A DNA stretch of 64,000 bases from IMG/VR virus record IMGVR_UViG_3300028797_000100, positions 32,001 to 96,000 of that record; one strand, 5' to 3'. Of this stretch, positions 40,401 through 50,082 are shown in pieces. Under the pieces are notes generated by a model that searched no databases, was not told the DNA's origin, and worked only from the letters and a program-made list of their open reading frames with translations. The stretch is from a virus. Its lineage: Duplodnaviria > Caudoviricetes. Position numbers and translations under genes: made by a program. Every line of letters begins with the position of its first letter. Positions within the stretch are counted from its first letter, which is position 1.

Positions 40401-41773
40401 GTAAATCCAGTACCCTTCATAGCAGCAGTGGATGTTGTTGTTATATGAAGAGGCTGAAGCGGTGCAGGCTTGGGTACATCGGAGATAGATGTGATTGTAT
40501 TGAATGTAACATTATGAAGTTTAACCTGACCAAGTTTCTCACGTATCTGACGTTCGCGTTCACTGGTAGTTGTATTCATTACAGATACTTCATCAGATGC
40601 TTCAACCTGTTTAGACATTGTCTTTACAGTTGATTTCAGGATATGATCTTCAACAGTATCAGAATCCTTTGTTGTAATCTGAGATGAGAGCTTACTATAG
40701 CTATTGACAGTCTGAGTATCAGGAGTGATTCTTTCAATCAATTTAGCATTGATATCCATTGTTTTTACATTATAAAGATTATCCTTTTCCTCAGGCTCAG
40801 GTTTCTTTTCTTCTTCCTCTTCTGCAGCAGTATTCTCTTGAGGTTTGAGAGTTGTAGCAAGCTGATTGAGAGTATTCTTGATAGACGCAGTAGAGTTATC
40901 ATTGATATCATTGATTCTACGTACATCATCATCTACAGGACCAACATCTTCCTTCTCATCAGGTATAGCGGCAGGAAGTTCCTTATCAATGAAATCATCG
41001 ATTGATTCACCAGCTTCTTCATTTGTAGTAGCTGTGAGTTCTCCCATCGAACCTATCTCCTGCAGCATAGATTTTATGCGGTCGATGTCACGCTCTTCGA
41101 ACAGTTTAAAGTCGAACTTATAATCAGCATTCTCAGCTCTAAAAACTAAGATGGTATTCTGTCTGCGAATCTTTGGTGATGGAGACAAAACACACTTTGT
41201 CAACAAAGCATTGATTATATCAGAATTATAAGAAGCCTTATTGACAACTTTGAATATCTTGAGTTTGGTTGTATCAATAACAACAACTTTCTCTTTGTAG
41301 TTTGCACTCTCAGATTCCAACAGAGTTTCAAACATACTCAGAATATTTTCTTCTATGAATTCAGGAGTCATATTTCTGAGAAGAGCAGTAGACTTCTTCA
41401 AGATATCAGTGAATGCAATATACACTGATTCATGACCACTCTTGATATATGTAGTCAATGGCTGTACCGATGGAATGATTTTCTTACCACGTACATATTC
41501 ACTACGCCTACGGCTTTCAGAATCATTTAATGTATATTTAAGAGGAGCAGAGCCAAACATAAATGATACTCTATTTGGAATAACGACGGCTTTATAATTT
41601 ATTGCAGTAGACGGAGACATGTGTTTAATTAACTCTATATCATACTCAAACGAATTTGAAAGTAAAAACACTGATATATCATTCTTTTTGTCGGGGAGAT
41701 TATAACGTGTTTTCTGAGCTATAAAGTTCAGTCCTCGAGATAGATCTACAGAGGGTTCTCTTATAGGAAGCAT
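37493..41773 (-). CDS. rpoB: Phage multisubunit RNA polymerase beta subunit (virion RNAP, phiKZ gp178-like)
   Basis: 1426 aa. SSPNNANVGINRQL, DDAIRTAIATSQTSH, TYEDAGLI, VGDKLAMYGASKQVLSEV, ILKRM. Ends just after the RM motif, so beta is split. On the late strand. Confidence 0.85.
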   Translation of the reverse strand: MLPIREPSVDLSRGLNFIAQKTRYNLPDKKNDISVFLLSNSFEYDIELIKHMSPSTAINYKAVVIPNRVSFMFGSAPLKYTLNDSESRRRSEYVRGKKIIPSVQPLTTYIKSGHESVYIAFTDILKKSTALLRNMTPEFIEENILSMFETLLESESANYKEKVVVIDTTKLKIFKVVNKASYNSDIINALLTKCVLSPSPKIRRQNTILVFRAENADYKFDFKLFEERDIDRIKSMLQEIGSMGELTATTNEEAGESIDDFIDKELPAAIPDEKEDVGPVDDDVRRINDINDNSTASIKNTLNQLATTLKPQENTAAEEEEEKKPEPEEKDNLYNVKTMDINAKLIERITPDTQTVNSYSKLSSQITTKDSDTVEDHILKSTVKTMSKQVEASDEVSVMNTTTSERERQIREKLGQVKLHNVTFNTITSISDVPKPAPLQPLHITTTSTAAMKGTGFTRIAKEYEDKLLDRDIVATFMNFSKLPDGFYVTNVDVTDASTPLSLVNNWKVTLKNKSNDRQSIINIRIPKIVNGRFYNNGIWYNIGKQDFPIPILKINKKTVMLTSNYNKITCQRYDTRSLVDLSMVIKIINKLTDAETGKNKFVRVGNSSNTNSRFVSTIEYDEYARKWVYFNNRANALEINFNRVQCQKKFGFVTVQQNEFCCGMHDQVPIVVNTETGLTRDGHTITDLILESLPPELQQEYKKQKPGKLAMYTQIKIGVLVPLGVTIAAWEGISSLIKKSGVQYKFVASNFDDSHFFTLPFKDKILAIENNVPNQLLFNGFYRINTKNYNFAEFETPIMNSNSIYVDIYNNLFFKQYSQLTTFITYYKFFVDPITADVCDHYHIPNDIAGMLIYASNLLADNNHTSENNASLYRIRSSEIIPAIIHYRLAFAISKYNNNVGSKARGNAIAFNPNEVINELLAVPNVEPMSALNPMVELHMRENITKKGFKGVNDDRAYTVDKRNYENTMIGKMALSSPNNANVGINRQLVADPKIESVRGYTSTAGPETDFNDLQLASFSELLTPGTVTRDDAIRTAIATSQTSHIVPTIAAEPVLISNGVDEIVSSNLTEEFSYVAPEDGSVIDKNEDYMILQFKSGKKKAVNLAHKPSFNSGSGFYVDNHLVTNLEVNDKFKKGDVIAYHEKFFTKGIDGVVRMNVGPLAKCVFANIYSTYEDAGLITHKMSKKLGTSLSMMQSVPIEALDDIESVVKVGDEVEIGDPLIVFGIGDTGDKSVDNFLKAFQNKESNSVLDNAKRVVRAKNPGRVFDVRMYTTKSMDKLSPSLYKLLDDYFKKNIQRKKILDKYDKTDSVYKLDTLYTLPTAPLKGTTIKGRTCDVLIEIYIEHEDEASVGDKLAMYGASKQVLSEVIPEGLEPYAESDPNEEISLFVSNSGILKRMIPSLVVTASGNKVLVNLKRKMRQIWEGK

Positions 41774-41838
41774 AGCTTAATTCTCCTTTACATAAATTTT
41801 TGTCATTATGACAATTACAAATCAGTCCGAGGGGAGGT

Positions 41839-42114
41839 GTGAATAAAGTGTTCTTTAGGGATATGAATGGAACGTCATTTGTTTGTTTAGATGATATTAC
41901 AGGAGTTCCGGTAGATTTGAATAAGGTTATCTATAATCCAAATATAGATGATCCTACAATTGTACCGGTTAGGTTGTTCAACTGTGTGCAGGAATATTTT
42001 GGGGTCAATCTGTCACCATCAGAAGTACAACATTTAATTTCATATGATTCTAATCATCTGGACGAATTTGCGAATGATTTGCGTCAAATAGTAAAAAATA
42101 AAAGAGGGGCTTAA
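41839..42114 (+). CDS. Hypothetical protein
   Basis: GTG start after GAGGGGAG; 91 aa. Confidence 0.55.
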   Translation: MNKVFFRDMNGTSFVCLDDITGVPVDLNKVIYNPNIDDPTIVPVRLFNCVQEYFGVNLSPSEVQHLISYDSNHLDEFANDLRQIVKNKRGA

Positions 42115-42127
42115 ATGCCCCTCTTTT
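42100..42127. terminator. Bidirectional terminator
   Basis: AAAAGAGGGGC-TTAAAT-GCCCCTCTTTT between convergent genes. Confidence 0.8.
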
Positions 42128-42723
42128 TAATCGTCTCTTTCAACGAATTCAGCGAATAGTAAATGATGTGACATATTCACCAATCTCGTTATAGTCGAGA
42201 TTGATATTGGTACAGCTTTACGTTCTTCTTCTGTTTTAAGAGTCTCATATTTACCCAATAACTGCGCGACGTTATTGACTATAGTCATCTTAAACATTTC
42301 CCCTAAACGTGAACGTATCAATGCCGGAGTAATTTCGAACTCACGTACGACGAATTCGAATATTCTATTGAAGTATACTTCCGGTCCAGTGAATACCCAT
42401 TCCTTCACATCCTCTTTGGCATCACTTGTCTTCAGCGTTATGACACATGTCATATTTGGCTGTGTCTGTCTGAGTATAGACAAGATCTTACCAACCTTAA
42501 CGGCTGAGAGTGTTGAAGTAGATGAATTCAGAAGTTTGATGATTGACTCGTTTAATGCTGCTTCCTTAATTTTACCATTAGTCACAGCCGTGCATAATGC
42601 GGCCATTATTATATCAGCATTGGCCTTATTGCTGATATTTACTTCTGGTCTAGGAGCTACAACGTTTTTCAATCTATCAATGTTCTCTTGTGATATCATT
42701 TTCTTAGCTTCTTCAACTGTCAT
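42127..42723 (-). CDS. Hypothetical protein
   Basis: ATG 42723 (MTVEEAKK) after GAAAGGAGG. Confidence 0.75.
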   Translation of the reverse strand: MTVEEAKKMISQENIDRLKNVVAPRPEVNISNKANADIIMAALCTAVTNGKIKEAALNESIIKLLNSSTSTLSAVKVGKILSILRQTQPNMTCVITLKTSDAKEDVKEWVFTGPEVYFNRIFEFVVREFEITPALIRSRLGEMFKMTIVNNVAQLLGKYETLKTEEERKAVPISISTITRLVNMSHHLLFAEFVERDD

Positions 42724-42743
42724 GATATCTCCTCCTTTCACCA

Positions 42744-42781
42744 TAATAATATATTTTTTATTTTCATAAATATATTATTAC
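42744..42781. promoter_or_regulatory. Back-to-back early promoter motifs
   Basis: TATATTATTA on the minus strand (42744-42753) and TATATTATTAC on the plus strand (42771-42781). Confidence 0.6.
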
Positions 42782-42831
42782 TATGGACAGGATAGACGTA
42801 TCCTGTACTTTATAAATCCTATAGGAGGTCC

Positions 42832-43143
42832 ATGAATATGGAATTATTTGACAACATCAAGAACTGCAACAAGAATGCAGCAGCACTCAAGAAGGCAAAG
42901 AAGCGTGAAAAGGTTGAAAGAAGCGTAATCGCTGTACTGGCAGGATCACTGGTTGGTCTCGGAATAAGACACTTCACAACCAAGAAAGAGGAAGCAAAAA
43001 TTATTGCTGAGAGACTTGGTAATGCTAAAGATGCTATCCTCGGTAAGGACAAGAAGACAATCGTTGATACAACTGCTACAGAGACATCAACAGACTTCAC
43101 AGAAGTTGAAGATGCATGTGAGGTAACTATTGATGGTGACTGA
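42832..43143 (+). CDS. Single-TM hypothetical protein
   Basis: 103 aa, RBS AGGAGG, hydrophobic segment VIAVLAGSLVGLGI. Confidence 0.7.
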   Translation: MNMELFDNIKNCNKNAAALKKAKKREKVERSVIAVLAGSLVGLGIRHFTTKKEEAKIIAERLGNAKDAILGKDKKTIVDTTATETSTDFTEVEDACEVTIDGD

Positions 43144-43519
43144 AAGCATAGTAGGAGCTGTAGTGCTCGCAGCTTCTGCCTTAAGTTCTGGAATTCATCT
43201 TGTTAATCACAAGAGACTTACTAAACTTGAGAAGAAAGAAAAGATCAGAAATATCGAAGTTTCCGTATTAGAGTATACTGTATTGACCGGCATTGGTGTA
43301 GGTATCATTAATAAGTATGCTGTAAAGAAGGAAGAGGAGATATTCAAACAGCAGATCGAAGCAAAGATTGCTGGCATGGAAGGTACCGTAGCTCGCATCG
43401 AAACTCGGGTTGCTGGAACCCAGATTGATACTGTTAAAGCACAGAACGATTTGCTCAATGAAAAGATTGATCATATCGTCAATGCGGTTGACATATCACT
43501 CGAAGATCAGACGAAATAA
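43130..43519 (+). CDS. Membrane-anchored coiled-coil hypothetical protein
   Basis: About 128 aa, two hydrophobic segments, heptad-rich tail. Confidence 0.65.
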   Translation: MMVTESIVGAVVLAASALSSGIHLVNHKRLTKLEKKEKIRNIEVSVLEYTVLTGIGVGIINKYAVKKEEEIFKQQIEAKIAGMEGTVARIETRVAGTQIDTVKAQNDLLNEKIDHIVNAVDISLEDQTK

Positions 43520-43527
43520 ATAATGAT

Positions 43528-43566
43528 GGTGGGGCTTCACGCCCCACCCTCTCATTATTTTTTTTG
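43528..43566. terminator. Terminator between convergent genes
   Basis: GGTGGGGC-TTCAC-GCCCCACC with a downstream T run. Confidence 0.7.
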
Positions 43567-43567
43567 A

Positions 43568-44395
43568 TTAGAATTTATGACTCTGCCAGAAGGATGTCTT
43601 TGGCTTAGCTTTGAAGCACATGTCAAGCTCGTGGAGACAGTACTCAACTATTGCCTGATCCATACCTTCATCTGTTGATATAGGATCCTTTGCAATCGCA
43701 TGCTCTGTAACAATTGCACCAGTGAGACGCATGATAACTGATTCTTCTGTGATGTCTTCCTCAGCACCAGCTTCAGCCTTCTCCTGAACTTCACCCTTGT
43801 CTTTCTTCTCAAGTTCTTCATCAAGATCGTCGAATACAGGAGCATCGTTTCTCTTAGTAACAACGCCGTATACATCATCAACAACCTTCTTAGATACAGC
43901 ATTCTTGAGCTTATCACGGAATGTATCATAGTCTGTTACATCCTTAAGAAGAACCTGGATATTGATGTTACCAGCAAGAGTATCATCATCCTTATTCTCT
44001 TCAAGCTCTTCAGAAGTCTCTTCAGTTATGTCATCAACTTCCTGAACTACTCCAGCAAGTATTGGTGACTTAAGACGATCACGTGCAGCACAGAGGTAAC
44101 CATAGCAAGAACCATCGTAATTGTTATTGATATGATTCATGATTGACTTATCTACCATTTCATCCAGACCCTCAGTATCATCAGCCATCATTGCATCTAC
44201 GAGATCGTGAAGTACATAAAGACTTAACTTCTCCTTGAACTTTCCAGAATCGAAAGTCTGAGGATGGAAGTTGTTGCTTGTAACTGTAGCACCTACAGTA
44301 TTAGCTTTAAATGCAGGACCCTTAGCATCTTTCTGATATGAATTATCAGTATTATTGATAATAGAATCCAGCATGTCCTTTACATTGTTAGGCAT
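43568..44395 (-). CDS. Acidic putative head/virion protein
   Basis: 275 aa, translationally coupled to the upstream gene; ITEES/IVTEH/VVQEV motifs. Confidence 0.55.
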   Translation of the reverse strand: MPNNVKDMLDSIINNTDNSYQKDAKGPAFKANTVGATVTSNNFHPQTFDSGKFKEKLSLYVLHDLVDAMMADDTEGLDEMVDKSIMNHINNNYDGSCYGYLCAARDRLKSPILAGVVQEVDDITEETSEELEENKDDDTLAGNINIQVLLKDVTDYDTFRDKLKNAVSKKVVDDVYGVVTKRNDAPVFDDLDEELEKKDKGEVQEKAEAGAEEDITEESVIMRLTGAIVTEHAIAKDPISTDEGMDQAIVEYCLHELDMCFKAKPKTSFWQSHKF

Positions 44396-47136
44396 TATTC
44401 ATCTTCTCCTTCCTCATCTTTATCGTCATCATTGTCATCATCTTTGTCGTCGTCATCGTTGTCAGACTTTTCAGGTTCCTCAGCCTCAGGTTCTACTTCA
44501 ACCTCAGCCTCAGCCTCGTCATCTTCTATAGCGTCACCAGTCTCAGGATCTTCAGGAATATTTACATCTTCATCAAGACCCTCATCAGGAGTAGCATTCA
44601 TGAGATCTCCATCAGGCTCAGCATAACGACGTCTCTGGATAACCATTTCCGAACAGATGTTATTCAGCTGCTGGAGCATGTTACCTATCTTACCAGCAAG
44701 CTCACCGATCTTGTCAACAAGAACCTTGTTGTCTGATGCGCTTGTGTCATATATAAGTGACTCAACCATATCAACGAAATCATCCAGTGCATCCATGAGA
44801 TCAGAAATCAGATTCATGTCCTCATCAGTGAAAGCAGTCTGAATCTTAGGCTTTCTGATTATCTTGGAGATAGTTCTCTGAAGATCATTGATGTTCTCAC
44901 TCTGAGGAGTATTTACATCATACTCATAGTTCTGGCTTGTTGAATAACCTGTCTGACGACCATAGTCATTAGTGCCACCAGAATAGTATGTGTTTGTACC
45001 AGTCTTCTTGGTAGGCTTGTACATCTTAGCAAGCTTACCCTTTGTGAGAGCACCCATGTCAGCAAGCTTCTTGATTGTCATCATGTCAGAGTATACAGGA
45101 GGAAGCTTTCTGCCGAGACGCTTCTTAGCATTACCAGATGAGAGGAACAGACCTTCCTGTACAAAGCCTTCCTGCATAACTTCGCCTGTGTCACCAGTGC
45201 CCTTGTTGAGCTTATCGTCGATTATAGAACCAACTTTCTTAGCAGCCTTTGTGAAGTCGGCTATTTTGCCCTTAACCATAGAACCGTAGTTCTCAGTCTT
45301 CTTTCTCAGAACAAGAAGAAGCTGTGCAAGTGCTTCGTTGAGATCCTTGATAGCCTTGATCTCATCGGAAGAGTAAATCTTCTTCATACCAGCAGCCTTG
45401 GACAGAGCTCTGTTGAGGCTGTGACCTTCACTCTTGAACTTCTTCAGAATAGCATCTGCATTGTCCTTGTTATCATTGAGAATGCCAAGGCACTTTCTCA
45501 GCTTGATGTTGAGTTCCTTATTGATGTTCTTAGAAGTGTATATGAAAGCTTCCTGGATTTCCTCATCAGACTTATTAGCTATAAGATTCTTGAGGTCTCC
45601 AACTTTCATATCCTTGAGGGATTCTTTACCGAGTTCGAGAAGCTGATTAACTGACATGTCGTCTACATTATCAACATCAAGAGCTCCTTCTTCCTCTTCA
45701 CTGCCGTCGAGATCTTCACCAACAGCGTCTTCTGTATCTGATACAGTATCATCGAGTTCACTCAATGCAGCATCAGCATCATCAACAGCAGCGTCATCTC
45801 CCTCGATTCCAGCATCCTCACCTTCAACTGATGTTTCATCAACATCACCAGCGTCAGCAACACCAACGTTGTCTGTAGGATTAGTTTCATCGGAGAATGT
45901 GATTGTCTCATCTTCAGCCATTGCATCGCCCTGTGTGTCAGCAGCAACCTTGTCAGCTATTTCAGAAGAAACGTCATTAACTGCAGCTGTTTCCTTATCA
46001 CCACCAGAGGTTTCAACACTTGTTTCGTCTCCTTCAGCTGGTGCATCAGTAGCTGCTGGTTCCTCAGCAGGTGCATCTGCAGCAGGCTCTTCAGCGGGAG
46101 CATCGCTAACACCTTCGATAGCTTCCTGATAGAAACGTGAAGGACGAACTCTACGAGCTCTCATTGCTTCTTTAGTTGCTTCGAGTTCAGCCATTTCCTG
46201 AACAACGACGTCCTTGTTCTCATAGTGTGTTTCATTAACAAAAGACTCCATATTGAACTTTTCACAGGATTCCATTGTGATATTTTCGTCCTTGTCTGTA
46301 ACTGGTGCTGTCCATCCATAGTATTCATCCTTACCTGTGATTTCGTTTGTATACTCAACTACAACACAGAATGAATCACCATTACCCTTAGGAACGATTA
46401 TTGTCTTAGGTGTACATACATCCCAAACAGATGTTTCGGGATCCACATTGTATGTGCTTTCCATGTAAGCCTTAAGAGGTTCACCGATCTTCTTGAGAGC
46501 ACCCATCTTAACAAGAGAAACAGAATCAAGTTGCTTCTTTGTGATGTTGTGCTGATCGTCTGTAGCGAAGAATGTATTTACCTTAGTAACAAAGTTATCT
46601 GTAGAACCAGCGGACATAGGACCGAAGTTTACATTTATCTTGGAAGGAACACTTGCATCTGTGATATTGATCTTGTCAAAACCATACAAGCCACATTCCT
46701 TAGCTTCTTCACAGTATTCATTATATAATTTATCAGCGTATTCTGTAACACGTCTCTCATGAGAAGATTCTGACTCACGAGGAAGTTTCACAACGTGATC
46801 TACAGCCTCCTGATAGAATTCTTCATATGATTTTATGCCTGTATATGACTCTGTAACTGAAGCAACTGTAGCATCCTTATTGACATCTACATTGCCAGTG
46901 CCAAGATCAAACTCGATCTTCTCAATCTCAGCATCTTCATCATCTTTCAACAGAGGAATATCTGTACTGAGTTTTCTTGTCGCACCAGCTTCTGTGCCTT
47001 CAGCAGAAAGATCGCCGAGTTCCGGGATCTCTGAGGCATACTCAAGTATGGCTTCGGTCGAAACTGATTCAGGTGCATTATTTTTTGCAGTCTCATTCAT
47101 TCTTGACTGAATTTCCTGCTTAATAAAGTTTCGCAT
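44395..47136 (-). CDS. Large acidic putative internal head/scaffold-like protein with repeated xx[QTM]E-[ASG] motifs
   Basis: Likely start ATG 47136 after AAAGGAG. FYQEA x2, EIQEA, VMQEG, FVQEG, SVTES, ITMES, FNMES; D/E-rich linkers. Confidence 0.6.
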   Translation of the reverse strand: MRNFIKQEIQSRMNETAKNNAPESVSTEAILEYASEIPELGDLSAEGTEAGATRKLSTDIPLLKDDEDAEIEKIEFDLGTGNVDVNKDATVASVTESYTGIKSYEEFYQEAVDHVVKLPRESESSHERRVTEYADKLYNEYCEEAKECGLYGFDKINITDASVPSKINVNFGPMSAGSTDNFVTKVNTFFATDDQHNITKKQLDSVSLVKMGALKKIGEPLKAYMESTYNVDPETSVWDVCTPKTIIVPKGNGDSFCVVVEYTNEITGKDEYYGWTAPVTDKDENITMESCEKFNMESFVNETHYENKDVVVQEMAELEATKEAMRARRVRPSRFYQEAIEGVSDAPAEEPAADAPAEEPAATDAPAEGDETSVETSGGDKETAAVNDVSSEIADKVAADTQGDAMAEDETITFSDETNPTDNVGVADAGDVDETSVEGEDAGIEGDDAAVDDADAALSELDDTVSDTEDAVGEDLDGSEEEEGALDVDNVDDMSVNQLLELGKESLKDMKVGDLKNLIANKSDEEIQEAFIYTSKNINKELNIKLRKCLGILNDNKDNADAILKKFKSEGHSLNRALSKAAGMKKIYSSDEIKAIKDLNEALAQLLLVLRKKTENYGSMVKGKIADFTKAAKKVGSIIDDKLNKGTGDTGEVMQEGFVQEGLFLSSGNAKKRLGRKLPPVYSDMMTIKKLADMGALTKGKLAKMYKPTKKTGTNTYYSGGTNDYGRQTGYSTSQNYEYDVNTPQSENINDLQRTISKIIRKPKIQTAFTDEDMNLISDLMDALDDFVDMVESLIYDTSASDNKVLVDKIGELAGKIGNMLQQLNNICSEMVIQRRRYAEPDGDLMNATPDEGLDEDVNIPEDPETGDAIEDDEAEAEVEVEPEAEEPEKSDNDDDDKDDDNDDDKDEEGEDE

Positions 47137-47239
47137 AACGTCATAACTCCTTTTCAAAAAATTTTTTCGATATAGAAATATATCGTTATTTTGATATGGG
47201 ACTTGTCAGTCCCATTCATCAATTTAAACAACAGAATAC

Positions 47240-47392
47240 TTATGATAACATATATCCAAATGTCTCCAACACGATTTCATTAACTTCTGCAGGAGTCATT
47301 TCAAGTATTCCAATATCGTTCAAGGTCAAGTTACCCTTAACCTCGACACCATTTATGGTTGGTAAATTTTCCAACTGATTATAATCATTCAT
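47240..47392 (-). CDS. Small putative virion protein (50 aa)
   Basis: ATG 47392 after GAGGGGAG; DYNQLENLPTINGVEVKGNLTLNDIGI motif. Confidence 0.55.
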   Translation of the reverse strand: MNDYNQLENLPTINGVEVKGNLTLNDIGILEMTPAEVNEIVLETFGYMLS

Positions 47393-47428
47393 AAAAACAC
47401 TCCCCTCAATTTTAAATAAGGAAAGGAA

Positions 47429-49417
47429 TTGATCAAATTGAGTAATACCGTACTGGAGAGATATCAAGATAGAATCATTGATATGTACTGTAAAGCACAC
47501 CCAAATTTTGATCGGAGTATGGTTGCGTCTAAAGTTATAGAATTCACGAATGGACGAATGAAGAACATTCCATGTGAGTTACATAATAACATCACGCACG
47601 ACAGAGTACAGACAACCATGCTTGATACATTCGTTTGGATTGAGAATCGTCAGCCAATTATAACAGGAAATGGCACGTTCTTCAAACAACATGAAGAATA
47701 TCTTGCTCCTACTGTTAAAATGCTTGAAAAGTTACAAGCAAACAGAAAGAAGAAAAAGAAAGAAATGTATCAATTCCCAAAAGGTACTGTCGAATATAAC
47801 AATGCAAACGTAGGTCAGTTGTCTATCAAAGTCATCATGAATGCTGACTACGGTGGGTCTGGAACAACGTTGTCACCATTCTATTCATGCTACATTCCAC
47901 CTGCCACAACCGGCAGTGCGAAGAACATAACCACGAGCTTAATCTGCTGTTTGGAGTTCATTTCTGGTAATAATGATAACTGGGCAAGGCTCATGAATAT
48001 CAATGAATTATTCGACATGATATTCGCTGTATTAGGTGATGATAGAGTCGATAGAGACCTCATTAAAGATTCATATCCCATTGAAGAAGTATTGGCTTGG
48101 TTGTTGTCCAGAGTATCAAATATTCAGGGTAAAGATCGCAGATGTCTCAAGACATTCTTAATGACATTGACGAATGATGAATTGACCAAGCTCATGTTAG
48201 CATTCAATCCACGTCTTGTATTGAATAAGTATGTACGTGATAAGGTTATGGTCATCAGTGATTATCTTTGTAAGCATCATATTGATATTGATACATTCTC
48301 AACGGTTGACTTCCATAATGATGAACAGGTATCTCAGTTGAAGGATACAATTCATGTTTGTGGTTATGGCGTAAAAGCACCAGAAGAAATATCTGGATTG
48401 ATTGAAGAAGTATCCAAGGTTATTGTGGACAACTGTGTGTATCCGTTCGTACCAAATGACGCTGAATTAAGAGCGGCTAATATGGATAGAGAAATAGTAT
48501 GTGTAACTGATACTGATTCACTCATGGTTCAGTTTGCACATTATATTGATGACTTCCAGATTATGGATCAAACATTATCATTCAGAGATAAATGCCTTGT
48601 TGCATCTGCATTTGGAATGAGACTGTTCATTGAACATATCATACCAAGAATGGTTGAAGACATAGCAAACTTCTGTAACATCAAGGATGAATATTATCGT
48701 AGGAAGTTTGTATTCAAGAATGAGTTTGCATTCCTTGCAATGGCACTCATAGCAAAGAAGATGTATGCTTCAGCTATGTTTGTTCAAGAAGGTTCACCTC
48801 GTAACATTCATGAGATAGCTGTATCAGGTTTGTCATTTAAGAAGAGAGATGCTGCAGAGTTCTTGGAACCAATCATGGTAGACATATATGACAAATGTGT
48901 ATTGACTTGTGACAAGGTTTCATTGAGTGGTATACTTGATGCATATACCGAATTACGTCAGAAGCTTGTTAATGAGTTAGCAACGGACCCATCTTACTTT
49001 AAGACTCTATCTATTAAGAGTCCTGATGCATATGATCCAACCAAGGTACTTCCAGCTCAAATGCGTGGTGCTATCGTATGGAATAACATCATGTCTGATG
49101 AAGAGATGTTACCAATGGATCGAGTTAAGGTTATTCCATTATCATTCAAATTGCTTAGAGAACATGCAAATGAAGATCCAAGAACAAGTGAGATACTTCG
49201 CTTGTGCCTAATAGATAATGAGAAAGAGAAGGATGATCCTTATATATGTATCCCTGAACATTATCACGACATCCCACTCTGGATCAGTAAGGTAATAGAC
49301 ACTGACTATGCAGCGGATAAACTGTTAATGCCATTCCGGCAGTTACTTGATGCATTCAATGTCTATGTGGCTGATGTTCCTGGTGGATTCCGTCCGTCAA
49401 GGATGGCATATATTTAA
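47429..49417 (+). CDS. Divergent family-B DNA polymerase, catalytic part (phiKZ-type split PolB)
   Basis: Motif B KVIMNADYGGSG, motif C VTDTDS, KKMYA, GLSFKK. No recognisable exonuclease or motif A. TTG start at 47429 or 47438. Confidence 0.85.
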   Translation: MIKLSNTVLERYQDRIIDMYCKAHPNFDRSMVASKVIEFTNGRMKNIPCELHNNITHDRVQTTMLDTFVWIENRQPIITGNGTFFKQHEEYLAPTVKMLEKLQANRKKKKKEMYQFPKGTVEYNNANVGQLSIKVIMNADYGGSGTTLSPFYSCYIPPATTGSAKNITTSLICCLEFISGNNDNWARLMNINELFDMIFAVLGDDRVDRDLIKDSYPIEEVLAWLLSRVSNIQGKDRRCLKTFLMTLTNDELTKLMLAFNPRLVLNKYVRDKVMVISDYLCKHHIDIDTFSTVDFHNDEQVSQLKDTIHVCGYGVKAPEEISGLIEEVSKVIVDNCVYPFVPNDAELRAANMDREIVCVTDTDSLMVQFAHYIDDFQIMDQTLSFRDKCLVASAFGMRLFIEHIIPRMVEDIANFCNIKDEYYRRKFVFKNEFAFLAMALIAKKMYASAMFVQEGSPRNIHEIAVSGLSFKKRDAAEFLEPIMVDIYDKCVLTCDKVSLSGILDAYTELRQKLVNELATDPSYFKTLSIKSPDAYDPTKVLPAQMRGAIVWNNIMSDEEMLPMDRVKVIPLSFKLLREHANEDPRTSEILRLCLIDNEKEKDDPYICIPEHYHDIPLWISKVIDTDYAADKLLMPFRQLLDAFNVYVADVPGGFRPSRMAYI

Positions 49418-49451
49418 TCCATTAGGACATATATAATTCCAACGAAAGGAG

Positions 49452-50021
49452 GTGGATTATATCATGTGGGAACAGATATACGATTTCTTCACAAGATACA
49501 CTGGTGTGTCATATGACTTTTATTCAGACATTCAGTCAATAAAAGACCATGTACCATATGTATCACCACGTATCTGGAAGATGCGCATTGAACTCATACT
49601 GAAGAATCTTAATGATGCTTTGGACTGTATTGAGGAATATGGAGATAATCTTACCGATGATATGCCATCAAAATCAGATCTGAAAAAGATCGTAGCGCAA
49701 TATGTGTTGGGGTCGCTTGTTAAGAATCTCAATGAGATTAAGGAAGCACTCCATATCGACAATACCGATTTGAGTAATCTTGAAGATTATGAAACTCAGG
49801 TAGAGTTGATGAGATCTCTGTTAGCTATGTTAGCAGAAAATTCTCTTGATGAAATCTTATCTCGTGACTTGTTCGAGTCTGAAGGTAGGGATGATGAAGA
49901 GGATGACAATCAGTTCATTGAAGTATTCGGTCTTCATAAAGACGATGTACCAAATCTCTCAATGACTGTACAGTCAATTCGTCAGGATTATTTTGAGTCG
50001 TTAGACGACGACAATGAATAA
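49452..50021 (+). CDS. Acidic hypothetical protein
   Basis: About 185 aa, RBS GAAAGGAGG (start may be ATG 49464). Confidence 0.7.
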   Translation: MDYIMWEQIYDFFTRYTGVSYDFYSDIQSIKDHVPYVSPRIWKMRIELILKNLNDALDCIEEYGDNLTDDMPSKSDLKKIVAQYVLGSLVKNLNEIKEALHIDNTDLSNLEDYETQVELMRSLLAMLAENSLDEILSRDLFESEGRDDEEDDNQFIEVFGLHKDDVPNLSMTVQSIRQDYFESLDDDNE

Positions 50022-50082
50022 TATAATGTTCTTATTTCGGAACTAAAATTTACCATTATTATCGAAAGGAGGAATTGTTGCT

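Noticed and set aside
44432-47110. Ser-rich plus-strand ORFs
   Set aside because: Antisense shadows of the acidic minus-strand gene
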